Positions 1 through 10,597 are shown, counted from the first letter of the stretch. The stretch is DNA of 64,000 bases from Lysobacteraceae bacterium (GCA_021604725.1 BQJN01000005.1:614-64613); one strand, 5' to 3'. Made by a program: numbers and translations. Notes: generated from the sequence alone by a model not told the origin.

Positions 1-303
1 TCCTGCTATTCGGGCGGTTTTGTTGAGCCGCTGGCCGACGACAACACGGTTATCATTACCGCCGCTCGGGCCGATCGCACCTCCTTCGGTTGTACCGACG
101 ATGCCGAGCTTTCGTACTTTGGCGAGGCCTTTGTCGATCAGGCACTAGGTTCAACCCGGTCGCTGCGGGCTGCCTGGGAGATGGCCCGCACCACCGTGAC
201 TGAACGAGAGCTCAGCGAAGGCTACGAACCGTCCGAACCACAGCTGCATATTGGTGCCGCCATCGCCGATTATTTGTCTGAGCACACAGCTATCGAGCCG
301 TAA
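1..303 (+). CDS. C13-family (legumain/caspase-like clan CD) peptidase, C-terminal part (5'-truncated by window)
   Basis: Frame 1 is open from base 1 to TAA 301-303: SCYSGGFVEPLADDNTVIITAARADRTSFGC...YFGEAF...EPSEPQLHIG, the typical bacterial C13 signature. Not in the ORF track. Confidence 0.8.
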   Translation, partial: SCYSGGFVEPLADDNTVIITAARADRTSFGCTDDAELSYFGEAFVDQALGSTRSLRAAWEMARTTVTERELSEGYEPSEPQLHIGAAIADYLSEHTAIEP

Positions 304-310
304 GCAGATG

Positions 311-781
311 TCACTGGTATTTGCTGGCGGTGATGAAGGCACCAAAGGCCTCACACCAGACGATCGCGGTTGTGTACTGTGCAACATCAATGCTCTGCGG
401 TACCGGCACCTGGAAGTTTGAGAAGGTGCGGACCGGACCCACCTTGACCATGCGCTCTTTCAGGCGATGGAAGTCGTCAGCATCCTCGACCCAATCGGGC
501 GACAAATACAGCTGGAAATCCGGCCCCGGCGTTAACTCGCCTATGAACGCGATGTCAGCGTCGTTGACCAGCAAAGTCCCTTCGCCCTTGTGCAGAAAAT
601 CGCTGCCGCGAAGGTCGGGTCGGACTTCAGCACTAAACCGCGCCTGGCCCATGCTTGTGCGCAATTGCTCGGCGCTCGCCGATGCCGGTGCGGTAAGTAT
701 CGGCAAAAAATAGACACCCAACGCAAATCCAAGCGCTAGTGCCAGGCCATGCGTAAACAGCATCAGAATGAATTTTTTCAT
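311..781 (-). CDS. DM13 domain-containing membrane-anchored protein
   Basis: N-terminal TM helix; GPDFQLYLS and IVWCEAFGAFIT motifs of DM13. Confidence 0.8.
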   Translation of the reverse strand: MKKFILMLFTHGLALALGFALGVYFLPILTAPASASAEQLRTSMGQARFSAEVRPDLRGSDFLHKGEGTLLVNDADIAFIGELTPGPDFQLYLSPDWVEDADDFHRLKERMVKVGPVRTFSNFQVPVPQSIDVAQYTTAIVWCEAFGAFITASKYQ

Positions 782-935
782 GATCTCAAGTCCCCAGTGT
801 GCATCGTTTCAACCAAAGGGACCGAACCATGAAACATTTGATCGCATTACTGCTGTTGATCAGCACTACACATGGGCCGGGCGAACCTGGTACCACCGGT
901 CAATTCCCTGCACGCTGGTTCGTGCGTTAAAGCCG

Positions 936-2279
936 CTACAAGATGTAGCGACTCAAGTCTTCATCCTTGGACAACTCTTCGAGGTGCTCATCGACGTATT
1001 CGGCATCGATGGTGGCCGTTTGGCCCGAGCGATCGGGCGCGTCGAAGGAGATGCTGTCGAGCAATCGTTCCAGCACCGTATGCAGTCGACGCGCACCAAT
1101 GTTCTCGGTGCGCTCATTGACCTCAAACGCCACCTCGGCCAGCCGCTTGACGCCTTCGGTAGTGAATTCCAGGTTGACCCCTTCGGTCGCCATCAAGGCA
1201 GTATATTGCTCGGTCAATGAGCAATTGGGTTCGGTGAGAATGCGTTCAAAGTCATCAGCCGTCAGCGCGCGTAGCTCAACGCGAATCGGAAACCGGCCTT
1301 GTAGCTCTGGAATCAGGTCGGACGGCTTGGTCATTTGAAATGCGCCGGAGGCCACGAACAGCATATGGTCGGTCTTGACCATGCCATAGCGCGTGGTCAC
1401 CGTGGACCCTTCCACCAATGGCAACAGGTCGCGTTGTACACCCTCGCGCGAAACATCAGCACCACCGTAGTCTGATCGACGCGCAACCTTATCGATTTCA
1501 TCGATAAATACGATGCCGTTTTGCTCGGCATTGTGCAGCGCCGCCTGCTTGATCTCTTCGTCGTTGACCAGGCGCGCCGCTTCGCTTTCTATCAGTTGCG
1601 GACGCGCGTTGGAGATCCGCAGTTTCTGCTTTTGAGTTTTGTTGTTGGACAGGTTCTTGAACATGCCCTGCAGCTGACTGGTCATTTCTTCCATGCCTGG
1701 TGGCGCCATGATTTCCACGCCGACCTGCGATTGAACTTCGATCTCAATTTCTCGGTCATCCAGCTCGCCGGCGCGGAGTTTTTGCCGTAAGCGGTTGCGC
1801 GTCGCTGAATCGGCACTGTCCTGTGCTGGCGCTTCCTCAAAAGGGCTGGACTTTGGCTGCGGCAACAAGGCGTCCAATATGCGGTCTTCGGCAGCATCTT
1901 CGGCTCGGCTTCGCACTTTAACCATGGCCTGCTCGCGGGTCATCTTGACGCAGACATCGACCAGGTCGCGGATAATCGATTCGACATCTTTGCCGACGTA
2001 ACCAACCTCGGTGAACTTGGTCGCCTCGACTTTAACGAAGGGTGCGTTGGCCAGTTGCGCCAGGCGTCTGGCGATTTCGGTTTTACCGACACCCGTCGGG
2101 CCGATCATCAGGATGTTTTTGGGCGTAATTTCGTTGCGTAGCTCGGTATCGACCTGCATGCGCCTCCAGCGGTTGCGCAAGGCGATGGCGACGGCACGTT
2201 TGGCGTCAGCCTGGCCGATAATGTGGTTGTCGAGCTCCTGCACAATTTCGCGCGGAGTCATCTGTGACATGTCTGCCAT
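936..2279 (-). CDS. hslU: ATP-dependent protease ATPase subunit HslU
   Basis: MTPREIV...[19 protein letters not shown] pore loop, GVQRDLLP, C-terminal DLSRYIL. Confidence 0.98.
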   Translation of the reverse strand: MADMSQMTPREIVQELDNHIIGQADAKRAVAIALRNRWRRMQVDTELRNEITPKNILMIGPTGVGKTEIARRLAQLANAPFVKVEATKFTEVGYVGKDVESIIRDLVDVCVKMTREQAMVKVRSRAEDAAEDRILDALLPQPKSSPFEEAPAQDSADSATRNRLRQKLRAGELDDREIEIEVQSQVGVEIMAPPGMEEMTSQLQGMFKNLSNNKTQKQKLRISNARPQLIESEAARLVNDEEIKQAALHNAEQNGIVFIDEIDKVARRSDYGGADVSREGVQRDLLPLVEGSTVTTRYGMVKTDHMLFVASGAFQMTKPSDLIPELQGRFPIRVELRALTADDFERILTEPNCSLTEQYTALMATEGVNLEFTTEGVKRLAEVAFEVNERTENIGARRLHTVLERLLDSISFDAPDRSGQTATIDAEYVDEHLEELSKDEDLSRYIL

Positions 2280-2309
2280 TGTTGGAAATCCCGTTGCGGT
2301 GGCGCTGAC

Positions 2310-2840
2310 TTACAGCTCTTCCACAGTCAGTTGATCGTTGGTGTAAATGCAAATTCGCGCCGCGATATGCAGCGCCTTCTCGGCCACTTCTCGTGCCGAA
2401 AGGTCAGTGTTGTCCAGCAGCGCCATGGCGGCCGACTGGGCGAACGGCCCACCGGACCCAATCGCGATCAATCCTTGCTCCGGGTCGATGACGTCGCCAT
2501 TGCCAGAGATAATCAGTGATGTTTCCCTGTCCGCCACTGCCAGCAAGGCCTCCAATCGCGCAAAACTGCGTTGCGTCCGCCAGTCCTTGGCCAGCTCTAC
2601 CGCGGCTCGCACCAAATGACCCTGGTGTTTTTCCAGTTTGCCTTCGAACAGCTCAAACAAAGTGAATGCATCGGCCGTAGCGCCGGCGAACCCGGCCAGC
2701 ACCTGATCGCGATACAAGCGCCGGACCTTGCGCGCGTTGGCCTTCATCACCGTGTTGCCCAGTGACACTTGTCCATCTCCGGCGATGACCACTTGGTCGC
2801 CACGTCGGACAGAGACGATGGTTGTTCCGCGATATTCCAT
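2310..2840 (-). CDS. hslV: ATP-dependent protease peptidase subunit HslV
   Basis: TTIVSVRR...[23 protein letters not shown]; adjacent to hslU. Confidence 0.98.
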   Translation of the reverse strand: MEYRGTTIVSVRRGDQVVIAGDGQVSLGNTVMKANARKVRRLYRDQVLAGFAGATADAFTLFELFEGKLEKHQGHLVRAAVELAKDWRTQRSFARLEALLAVADRETSLIISGNGDVIDPEQGLIAIGSGGPFAQSAAMALLDNTDLSAREVAEKALHIAARICIYTNDQLTVEEL

Positions 2841-2873
2841 GAGTTTTCAGGGCCTTGTTGCTCAGGCTAAAGG

Positions 2874-2902
2874 AAGTGGGGTCGGATCGCTTCGACCGCA
2901 AG
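2874..2902 (-). promoter_or_regulatory. Putative sigma32 (RpoH) promoter of hslVU
   Basis: Minus strand reads CTTGCG-N15-CCCCACTT vs consensus CTTGAA-N13-17-CCCCATNT, ~35 bp before a known heat-shock operon. Confidence 0.6.
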
Positions 2903-3041
2903 TTTGAAGCGAGCAATGACTATGGCCTACTCGCAATTCTGGCGTTGTTGAACCCGTCGCATGATAGCCTTGTTCAAGCGCTGAACACCCGGTAACAGTC
3001 GGTTGCCACAATACCTGTCGCCAAATGGTAAACACCCTCAA

Positions 3042-4298
3042 ATGAAACCAATCATCTCTGAAGACCGACTTCGATTCCTGATCGCACAAGTGCGTCAACG
3101 ACTTTGGGTCAAGCCGCTGGTGGTTTGCCTGCTGTCGATCGCCGCGGCGTTTGTAGCGAAACTGGCTGATGGCACCACATTGGCCCAGTTCGTGCCGGCG
3201 ATTGCCGAAGAGTCGATTGAAACGCTGCTGTCGATCATGGCGGCTAGCATGTTGGGGATCGCTGTGTTTGCCGTTGGGTCCATGGTTTCGGCTTATGCCT
3301 CTGCCGCCAGCACGGCAACCCCAAGATCATTCAGTCTGGTCGTAGCTGACGATGTTTCGCAAAACGCACTATCGACCTTTGTCGGCGCGTTCATATTCAG
3401 CATTGTCTCCATCACAGCGCTGAAGAACGACTACTTTCAAGCTGCTGGGCTGTTCATTCTGTTTACGCTGACCGCCTGCATTTTCGGTCTGGTAATCATC
3501 ATGTTCTTGCGTTGGGTCGATCGCATTGCTCGACTTGGGCGACTGGGATCGACCATTGATGCGGTGGAAGAGGCGACAGCATCTGCCTTGAGACGTCGCC
3601 GCAACTCGCCAACACTGTGCGGCATTCCGTCAGGCCATACCGTGACTGACGATGCGGTGGCCATTTATGCGGACGCTGTGGGCTACATTCAGCACGTCGA
3701 CATAGCAGCCTTGCAGGCCTGGGCCAGTGACCAACAGTGCCGTCTGGTTGTTGAAGCGCTGCCAGGCACCTTCGCCAGCCCAGACCGGCCGCTGGCCCTG
3801 GTCGTTGATGGCAGCAGTGATCTGGACGCCAGCGGCGCCATCAGCGCTTTCGAGGTCGGTAGTGATCGATTATTCGATGATGACCCCAGACTGGGGTTGG
3901 TGGTGCTGTCGGAGATTGCCGCGCGCGCGCTGTCGCCAGCGGTCAATGACCCGGGAACGGCAATTGATATTATCGGCACCCTGGTCCGGCTGTTTTCGCA
4001 TTGGGCCGAAGATCCGGAAACACCCGAGAATGCACCGAATTATGATCGAGTAGAGGTACCCGCGATGCGCGCTCGAGACATGTTTGATGATGCCTTCACC
4101 GCCATCGCGCGAGACGGGGCTGCCTGCGTGGAAGTGGGGGTCAGGCTACAGAAGGCATTAACGGCGCTTGCGGCGATGGGCAATGCCGATATGCGGGAGG
4201 CGGCAAGCTACCACGCCGAGATGGCGATCAAACGCGCAGAGCAGGCCATCGCGCTTGCAGAAGATCTGCAGGCGGTTCGCGACGCGCGGTCATTGTGA
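3042..4298 (+). CDS. DUF2254-family membrane protein
   Basis: Four N-terminal TM segments, TPR motif, GYIQHVD, PG.F, RALSPAVNDPGTA signature; ATG 3042 chosen. Confidence 0.85.
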   Translation: MKPIISEDRLRFLIAQVRQRLWVKPLVVCLLSIAAAFVAKLADGTTLAQFVPAIAEESIETLLSIMAASMLGIAVFAVGSMVSAYASAASTATPRSFSLVVADDVSQNALSTFVGAFIFSIVSITALKNDYFQAAGLFILFTLTACIFGLVIIMFLRWVDRIARLGRLGSTIDAVEEATASALRRRRNSPTLCGIPSGHTVTDDAVAIYADAVGYIQHVDIAALQAWASDQQCRLVVEALPGTFASPDRPLALVVDGSSDLDASGAISAFEVGSDRLFDDDPRLGLVVLSEIAARALSPAVNDPGTAIDIIGTLVRLFSHWAEDPETPENAPNYDRVEVPAMRARDMFDDAFTAIARDGAACVEVGVRLQKALTALAAMGNADMREAASYHAEMAIKRAEQAIALAEDLQAVRDARSL

Positions 4299-4312
4299 AT
4301 CGGCCCGTTCTT

Positions 4313-4513
4313 GGGTCTTATCCCATTTCGTTCCGTTCGAAATGGAAATCGGCCGCGGCGATACGGAGGTTGCCACTATGCGCTCGGTCTTCTGGACTTC
4401 GCTCCGCTTCGCCAACCAGGCCAGGATAGCGAATTTCGATTGGACGGTTTGCCGAAGGCAAGAAGCCCGATCGCGATTCGCGGCCATCCGTGGGTCGGCT
4501 AGTCCCTCTAGCC
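4313..4513. repeat. Hairpin-rich intergenic element (REP/MITE-like remnant with ANGGA loops)
   Basis: Hairpins at 4323-4345, 4357-4374, 4449-4461, ~4482-4495 and 4497-4513; most loops read ACGGA/AGGGA on one strand. Confidence 0.5.
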
Positions 4514-4588
4514 TCCTTTGACAGCTGTGCCTGCCCTGCATGACCAAGATCACTTGTGTTTGCGCCGGAAATACCGCACTTTGACGTT

Positions 4589-5461
4589 GTGTCACTACTG
4601 ATCATCATTCTTGCTGTTTTTGCCAGCCATCGCGCTGCCGAATTGCCGCGGATGCGGCAACCTGGCTGGTTGCGCACACTAACCGGCTGGCTCTACGTGC
4701 AGCGCCAACGCTGGCCTCTGGCTGCCGGCATCGGTGCCTTGCTGGTGCTGTACGCACTGCCTCTCGGTGCAGTTTTTCTGCTACTAAATTTCCTTTCCAC
4801 CTTCTGGTACGGGTGGGCTGAGTTTTTGGTGTCCGTTGCCATTTTGATTTACTGCTGGGGCCCTCGCGATCTTGATCGAGATGTCGCCCATTGCCTCAAA
4901 GTCAATGAAGGTGATTTGGCAGAAGGCGCGCGCCTGCGCCTGATCGCTGGACATCCGGGGGCCGGCGAACAGCCGACCTCGCTGGTCGTGCTCGGTGCCG
5001 CATTGGAGCGTTGGTTTGGACCGATCCTGTGGTTCCTCGCCTTGGGGCCAATGGGTGCATTGCTCTATCGCATGACTCAGCAACTGGCCAATCGAGAAGA
5101 GCTGGGCGCGCGATTGTCGACCGATCAGGCGGAAACGGTTCAGTATTTGTTGTTCTTGCTCAACTTTCCGGTTGCCTGGGCCATGACCCTATCATTGGCA
5201 GTGATCGGCCATTTCGATTCGGTGCTGGGCGCCGGCAGGCGGCATGTCGCCGAACACGGTACCGGATGGCTAAGCTGCCGCCTGGATGTGCTGTATGTCA
5301 CTGCTCGTCCGTCGCTGTTGGCTTCGCTTGAGACGGCCGGGAAAGACAGCGATCTGGAGTCGGCCGATGCGGTATCTATGGCCTTGGCCATGGCCTGGCG
5401 AATCCTGTTTCTGTGGCTGACCCTACTTGCGGTCTTCGTTTTGGCCGGCTGGCTGGCCTAG
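4589..5461 (+). CDS. ampE: AmpE/CobD-CbiB-family inner membrane protein
   Basis: Multi-TM; YCWGPRDLDRDV and RWFGPILWFLALGPMGALLYR motifs; start uncertain (GTG 4589 or 4556). Confidence 0.65.
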   Translation: MSLLIIILAVFASHRAAELPRMRQPGWLRTLTGWLYVQRQRWPLAAGIGALLVLYALPLGAVFLLLNFLSTFWYGWAEFLVSVAILIYCWGPRDLDRDVAHCLKVNEGDLAEGARLRLIAGHPGAGEQPTSLVVLGAALERWFGPILWFLALGPMGALLYRMTQQLANREELGARLSTDQAETVQYLLFLLNFPVAWAMTLSLAVIGHFDSVLGAGRRHVAEHGTGWLSCRLDVLYVTARPSLLASLETAGKDSDLESADAVSMALAMAWRILFLWLTLLAVFVLAGWLA

Positions 5462-5513
5462 GGCTTGACGGCTATGGAGGCCATTGCAACGCCACAGCCT
5501 GGCACGAACCGCT

Positions 5514-6416
5514 TCAAGCTTCTATGAACGCTTCTACGCTTTCTTTGAGGGCACCAAGATCATAGCCACCTTCCAATAGCGCAATCGGACCCGGAATGCT
5601 GAGCTCTGAACAGACTGCATGCAACTGGGCCGATAGCCAGCCATAGTCGTCTGTTTCAAGCCGTGTCATTGACAACGGGTCGCTGCGATGGGCATCAAAT
5701 CCAGCCGACACCAGCAACAGTTGTGGCCGAAAACCGAGCAAGGTAGGCAAAATCTCGCGCTCGAATCGTTGTCTGTACAGCGCTGAATCAGTGCCGGCTG
5801 TCAGCGCGATATTGGTGATGTTGCCAACGCCGCGTTCGCTGGGATGACCAGTACCCGGGTACAGCGGCATTTGATGGCTGGAAATAAACGCCACGCGTTT
5901 GTCGTTGGCGAAGACGTCTTGGGTGCCATTGCCGTGATGCACGTCGAAATCGAAGATGGCAACACGCTCAAGACCATGGTGGTCGGTAGCGTGTCTAGCG
6001 GCGATAGCAATGCTGTTGAGCAAGCAAAAGCCCATCGCCGTCTTTGGCGTTGCGTGGTGCCCAGGCGGACGAACGGCACAAAAAACACTGCTAGCCTCGC
6101 CAGCAAGCACCGCATCAACTGCCGCTACCGCAGCACCGGCAGCGCGGCGTGTGGCGGTCCAGCTCTGCTCTCCAGCGTAGGTATCGTAATCGAGCTGTCG
6201 CGGGCACAGCGCAGTCGCTTCCAGTGTGTCCAGATAGGCGCGTGAATGGACGCGAGCACAGGCTTGCATGTCCACCCTCGGTGCCTGAATCAGCCGATGC
6301 CCACGTTGCTGTAGCCGCTGCAAAACCGGCGCCAGAACGGCCAGGCGGTCCGGCGACTCCGGCTGTCCCGGCCCGGCATCGTGTTTCTCACAATCGGCGT
6401 GACTGATCAGCAGCAT
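5514..6416 (-). CDS. Histone deacetylase-family (class II) amidohydrolase
   Basis: RPPGHHA, MGFC, DFDVHHGNGTQ, SAGFDAH, LEGGY; ATG at 6416. Confidence 0.93.
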   Translation of the reverse strand: MLLISHADCEKHDAGPGQPESPDRLAVLAPVLQRLQQRGHRLIQAPRVDMQACARVHSRAYLDTLEATALCPRQLDYDTYAGEQSWTATRRAAGAAVAAVDAVLAGEASSVFCAVRPPGHHATPKTAMGFCLLNSIAIAARHATDHHGLERVAIFDFDVHHGNGTQDVFANDKRVAFISSHQMPLYPGTGHPSERGVGNITNIALTAGTDSALYRQRFEREILPTLLGFRPQLLLVSAGFDAHRSDPLSMTRLETDDYGWLSAQLHAVCSELSIPGPIALLEGGYDLGALKESVEAFIEA

Positions 6417-6426
6417 ATTGCCAGCA

Positions 6427-6978
6427 CTATCGGCTACGTTGATGGTCCCACAGCACTTCGCTGCCGCCATCCGTGCGCGCAATCACTCGAGCAGCCACGA
6501 ATAGCAAGTCGGACAAACGATTCAGGTAGCGGGCAGTGATTGCGCGAGCCTGTTGCTCACGGACCAAGGGTACGACCAGACGCTCGGCGCGACGGCAAAT
6601 GGTTCTGGCCAGGTGGCAATGAGCGGCCGCCAGGCTGCCTCCGGGAAGGATGAAATCCTTGAGCATCGGCAAGTCGGCATTCATCGCATCGAGCTGTTGT
6701 TCGAGTCGATCAATATAGCGGTCATGCACCAACTCCATTCCCGGCATGCAAAGTTCGCCGCCCAAGTCGAACAAATCATGCTGAATATCAGTCAGCACCT
6801 CTGCCACATTTTTCGGGATAGGACAGGCCAATACCAGCCCGACCGCACTGTTGAGCTCATCGACCGTACCAAACGCCTCGACCCGCGCCGAATCCTTGTC
6901 GGTACGTGAGCCATCGCCCAGGCCGGTGGTTCCGTCGTCACCGGTACGTGTATAAATCTTTGAAAGTCGGTTTCCCAT
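6427..6978 (-). CDS. PduO-type cob(I)alamin adenosyltransferase
   Basis: IYTRTGDDGTTGL, FGTVDELNS, FILPGG, CRRAER, YLNRLSDLLF. Confidence 0.95.
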   Translation of the reverse strand: MGNRLSKIYTRTGDDGTTGLGDGSRTDKDSARVEAFGTVDELNSAVGLVLACPIPKNVAEVLTDIQHDLFDLGGELCMPGMELVHDRYIDRLEQQLDAMNADLPMLKDFILPGGSLAAAHCHLARTICRRAERLVVPLVREQQARAITARYLNRLSDLLFVAARVIARTDGGSEVLWDHQRSR

Positions 6979-7023
6979 GTGCGCAGTATAGGTCAGTTGT
7001 GCTTGAAGTCGGGCCGATTTGGT

Positions 7024-7797
7024 TCAGCCATGAATCAAAACGCTGCAACATGTGACCGCGCCCTCCGCCTTGGCCAGTTCGTCCGCTGCGACCGTCACGA
7101 TGTTGCCGCCAATGTCTGCAATTCGCTGGTTGCTGGCAGGATGCTCTTTGGCTCGAAGCAGCACCCCATCCAGTTCGACGGTATTGGCACCGAAGGGCTC
7201 TTGCGGATCAACTTCAATATGCTGACCGGGCATTGAGCTGGACTCATACCAATCAGGGTTGCCGACAAAGACGCCGGGTGCAATTCTGGTCACCGCTGTC
7301 TTCAAATGCAGACAGTCGCGTAGAGCCACCCCTTTGACCTTGTAGCCAAACGGACCGGTCAATTCGGCCAGTTGTTCGATGGCGGCATGGTTGCTGCGTG
7401 ATGACAGGCCTACATAGATCGTTTTGTCATCGACCACGACGTCGCCGCCATCGATACAAGCCGCCGGCTGGTCGATGTGCTTGAGCGTCCGAAATTGTTG
7501 CAGAGCAGTGGCCATACTCGCGGTTTCGGGCTGGCGACTGACCGCGCCGGGCCGGGTGATGATCGCCACTTCTGGCAACACGATCGCAGTATCCTCAACA
7601 AAAACAGCATCGGGACAGTCGTCCAATTGCGGCAGCTTAAGAACCTGGCAACCGTTGTTAGTCAACGCGGTGACGTAATCAGCGTGTTGTCGGCGTGCAC
7701 GCGCAAGGTCAATCGGCTGGCGATTGAGGTGAGTCAACTGGCAGTCAGCAATGGACTGGCTTATAGGTCGCACCAGGGCAATAATGGGCATGGTCAT
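7024..7797 (-). CDS. Dimethylarginine dimethylaminohydrolase (amidinotransferase family)
   Basis: PDAVFVEDTA, SRQPE, IDGGDV, LHLKT, KAEGAVTCCS. Confidence 0.9.
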   Translation of the reverse strand: MTMPIIALVRPISQSIADCQLTHLNRQPIDLARARRQHADYVTALTNNGCQVLKLPQLDDCPDAVFVEDTAIVLPEVAIITRPGAVSRQPETASMATALQQFRTLKHIDQPAACIDGGDVVVDDKTIYVGLSSRSNHAAIEQLAELTGPFGYKVKGVALRDCLHLKTAVTRIAPGVFVGNPDWYESSSMPGQHIEVDPQEPFGANTVELDGVLLRAKEHPASNQRIADIGGNIVTVAADELAKAEGAVTCCSVLIHG

Positions 7798-7919
7798 CGC
7801 GCTATCTTGGCTGGAGATCGTCCATGATTATCCATCCGTGGCTGATTGGCCACCGTTTCAAATAAACACTCGTAGCTGATCGAACATGGCCGGTGACCAA
7901 GCAATCTGGACTTGTTTGT

Positions 7920-7941
7920 GCAAATAAGAATCATTATCATT
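7920..7941 (+). promoter_or_regulatory. Fur box
   Basis: GCAAATAAGAATCATTATC (7920-7938) matches 15/19 of GATAATGATAATCATTATC, ~35 bp upstream of a ferric-iron binding protein gene. Confidence 0.85.
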
Positions 7942-7973
7942 AACATCTTCCTACCTTATTGAATCTGTGATCG

Positions 7974-8957
7974 ATGAAACTAATCTCCGCATTGGCATTG
8001 TTGAGTTTGACCCTACCGACGGCTGTTCTGGCAGCCGATGAACTGGTCGTATACTCCGAACGCAAGGATCACCTGATCCGACCGCTGCTCGAGCAGTACA
8101 GCGCACAAACTGGGGTTGAGGTCCGTTTTCTGACCGACAGCGCCGGAGTATTGATTGAGCGGATAGCCGCTGAAGGCACCAATACACCCGCAGACCTGTT
8201 TCTGACTGTCGATGCTGGCAGCTTGTGGCAAGCCACCGAGCGCGGGCTGTTAGTCTCGGCAAGCGGCCCCAATCTACAGGCCAATATTCCAGACCACCTA
8301 GCCGACCCGGAAGGTCGCTGGTATGGACTGTCGATGCGTGCCCGAACCGTTGTCTATTCCACTGAGCGCGTCGACCGCAATGAGTTGGGCAGCTATGCCG
8401 ACCTTGCTGATGCCAAATGGCAAGGCCGCTTGTGTCTGAGGACGTCAAAGAAAGTCTACAACCAGTCGCTGGTTGCGATGTTGATAAACGCCAACGGCGA
8501 ACAAGCCACCGAACAAATGGTGCGTGGCTGGGTCGCCAATCTGGCTGCGCCACCGTTTTCCAACGACACCTCGTTGATTGAGGCGATTGCCGCCGGACAG
8601 TGTGACGTCGGTATTGTCAACACCTACTACCTTGGTCGGCTATTGAAAGATGACCCGACGACTCCGGTGACAGTCCATTGGCCGCCGGCAACGCACATCA
8701 ACATCTCCGGCGGTGGCGTTGTCGCCAACAGCGATCAAAAGGAGCAGGCTACAGCGCTCCTCGATTGGCTAGCCTCGGATCAGGCACAAGCATTGTTCGC
8801 CGGACTAAACCTCGAATATCCCGCCGACCCGAATGCTGATCTGGACCCATTGGTGGAAGCGTGGGGTACTTTTGACGCTGATCAGGCGAACTTGAGTCAC
8901 GCCGGTCGATTGCAGGCCGAAGCAGTTCGATTAATGGACCGTGCAGGCTATAGATAG
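7974..8957 (+). CDS. fbpA: Fe3+ ABC transporter periplasmic binding protein (FbpA/FutA family)
   Basis: Signal peptide; TPADLFLTVDAG, KVYNQSL, VNTYY tyrosine ligands, NLEYP. Confidence 0.92.
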   Translation: MKLISALALLSLTLPTAVLAADELVVYSERKDHLIRPLLEQYSAQTGVEVRFLTDSAGVLIERIAAEGTNTPADLFLTVDAGSLWQATERGLLVSASGPNLQANIPDHLADPEGRWYGLSMRARTVVYSTERVDRNELGSYADLADAKWQGRLCLRTSKKVYNQSLVAMLINANGEQATEQMVRGWVANLAAPPFSNDTSLIEAIAAGQCDVGIVNTYYLGRLLKDDPTTPVTVHWPPATHINISGGGVVANSDQKEQATALLDWLASDQAQALFAGLNLEYPADPNADLDPLVEAWGTFDADQANLSHAGRLQAEAVRLMDRAGYR

Positions 8958-8978
8958 CAGCATTTCTGGAGCGGTCTG

Positions 8979-10547
8979 TTGCTAAGACCGCTCAATGCAA
9001 GCTTGTGGCTGGTGGTGGCCGTGGTGCTGGCACCGGCGCTTTGGCTGTCCGCCTCATGGCTGCAGCCGCAGTGGGATGTGCTGGCTCATCTGGCCGAATA
9101 CCGCCTGCCGAATGTCGCGTCGAATACGTTTTGGCTGGCGCTAAACGTGGCCGTTTTTACCGGCATTGTCGGCGTTGCCGCGGCCTGGCTAACCACGGCC
9201 TGTGAATTTCCCGGGCGCGCATTGTTTGAGAAACTGCTGGTCATGCCGCTGGCCATACCCGGCTATGTCATGGCGTTTGTCTTTCTTGGCATGCTGGAGT
9301 ACTCAGGGCCGCTGCAGACAGCACTGCGAGACTGGTTCGATACGCGCGCCAACTTCTTCCCGTGGATGAACCACCCGATCACCGTCAGTGCCGTTTTCTC
9401 TCTGGTGTTGTATCCCTATGTCTATCTGTTGGCCAGAAGTGGTCTGCAACGCAGCGGGCGCCGCTGCATGGAAGTGGCTCGCAGCCTGGGCATGTCGCCC
9501 GGCAAAGCATTGATCAGGGTTGTTTTGCCGCTGTTGCGCCCGGCCATATTTGCTGGTGTTGCGCTGGCGGTTTTGGAATCAGTAGCCGATTTCGGAACCG
9601 TGGCTACATTCAACTACGACACGCTGGCCGTTGAGGTCTATCGCACCTGGTTTTCAATGTTCAATCTGGCGGCGGCAGCACAACTGGCCAGCGGTTTGCT
9701 ATTGGTGATCGTGCTGTTATTGCTGCTGGAGCGAAACGCACGAGGTGCGCGGCGCTTTACCACCGATCAGGTGAGCGCTCACAGATTGCAGCTGTCGGCT
9801 GGCAAAAGCGCGCTTGCGATCGCCAGCTTGAGCACACTGTTGCTGTTGGCGCTGGTGATTCCACTGATTCAACTGTCGATCTGGACCACGCAACACTGGC
9901 AGCGCTTGTTTGATCAGCGCTTTGTTGAATTGATTGGCAACACCTTGAGTCTGGCCACCATGGCTGCGGTATTGGTGGTCGCGGTCAGCTTGTTGCTGGT
10001 CTGCAACCGGCGAGCCAACGTGGCTGGTCTCGAGTTGGCCGGCAGTGGTTATGCGCTTCCCGGCACGGTACTGGCCACCGGCGTTATGCTGGTATTGACC
10101 TACACCGATGGCCTGCTGGCCGAGTTCTCCGGTGCCACCCTCGGACTGGCCTCCAGCGTCCCGGCCCTGCTACTGGCCTATATGATTCGCTTTTTGCGCG
10201 TTGCGCTATCACCTTTGGATGCAGCGGCTCGAACCTTGGCGCCATCCGTGCTCGAATCTGCGCAGCTGCTTGAGCGCAGTCGCTGGCGCCGTTTTCGGCA
10301 AGTGCAGTGGCCGACCCTGTCGCCCGCGGTATTGGTCGCCGCGGCCATGGTCGCGGTTGAAGTGATCAAGGAGATGCCGGCCACCCTGATGCTGCGACCC
10401 TTTGGCTGGGACACGCTGGCCACGCACGTCTATGAATTGACCAGCGAAGGCCAATGGCAGTGGGCCGCCGGCCCAGGTCTACTGGTGGTCCTGTGTGGCG
10501 CTATTCCGGTATGGCTGCTGGTGCGAAAGGAGCGCGGTGCGGTATAG
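8979..10547 (+). CDS. fbpB: Fe3+ ABC transporter permease (FbpB family)
   Basis: Duplicated permease, EFPGR, LYPYVYL, EVARSLG, KEMPATL. Confidence 0.9.
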   Translation: MLRPLNASLWLVVAVVLAPALWLSASWLQPQWDVLAHLAEYRLPNVASNTFWLALNVAVFTGIVGVAAAWLTTACEFPGRALFEKLLVMPLAIPGYVMAFVFLGMLEYSGPLQTALRDWFDTRANFFPWMNHPITVSAVFSLVLYPYVYLLARSGLQRSGRRCMEVARSLGMSPGKALIRVVLPLLRPAIFAGVALAVLESVADFGTVATFNYDTLAVEVYRTWFSMFNLAAAAQLASGLLLVIVLLLLLERNARGARRFTTDQVSAHRLQLSAGKSALAIASLSTLLLLALVIPLIQLSIWTTQHWQRLFDQRFVELIGNTLSLATMAAVLVVAVSLLLVCNRRANVAGLELAGSGYALPGTVLATGVMLVLTYTDGLLAEFSGATLGLASSVPALLLAYMIRFLRVALSPLDAAARTLAPSVLESAQLLERSRWRRFRQVQWPTLSPAVLVAAAMVAVEVIKEMPATLMLRPFGWDTLATHVYELTSEGQWQWAAGPGLLVVLCGAIPVWLLVRKERGAV

Positions 10548-10597
10548 TCTCGGCCCCGCTTCAAAGCAGTCTCAAATTGATCTAACGGAAACAGCCC

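Noticed and set aside
4311-4677. Short ORFs across the hairpin cluster (also 54838-55235)
   Set aside because: Mutually overlapping, no SD or motifs, and explained by palindromic repeat DNA.
10548-10597. Glycine riboswitch before gcvT
   Set aside because: The gap is only 50 bp and has no aptamer motifs.
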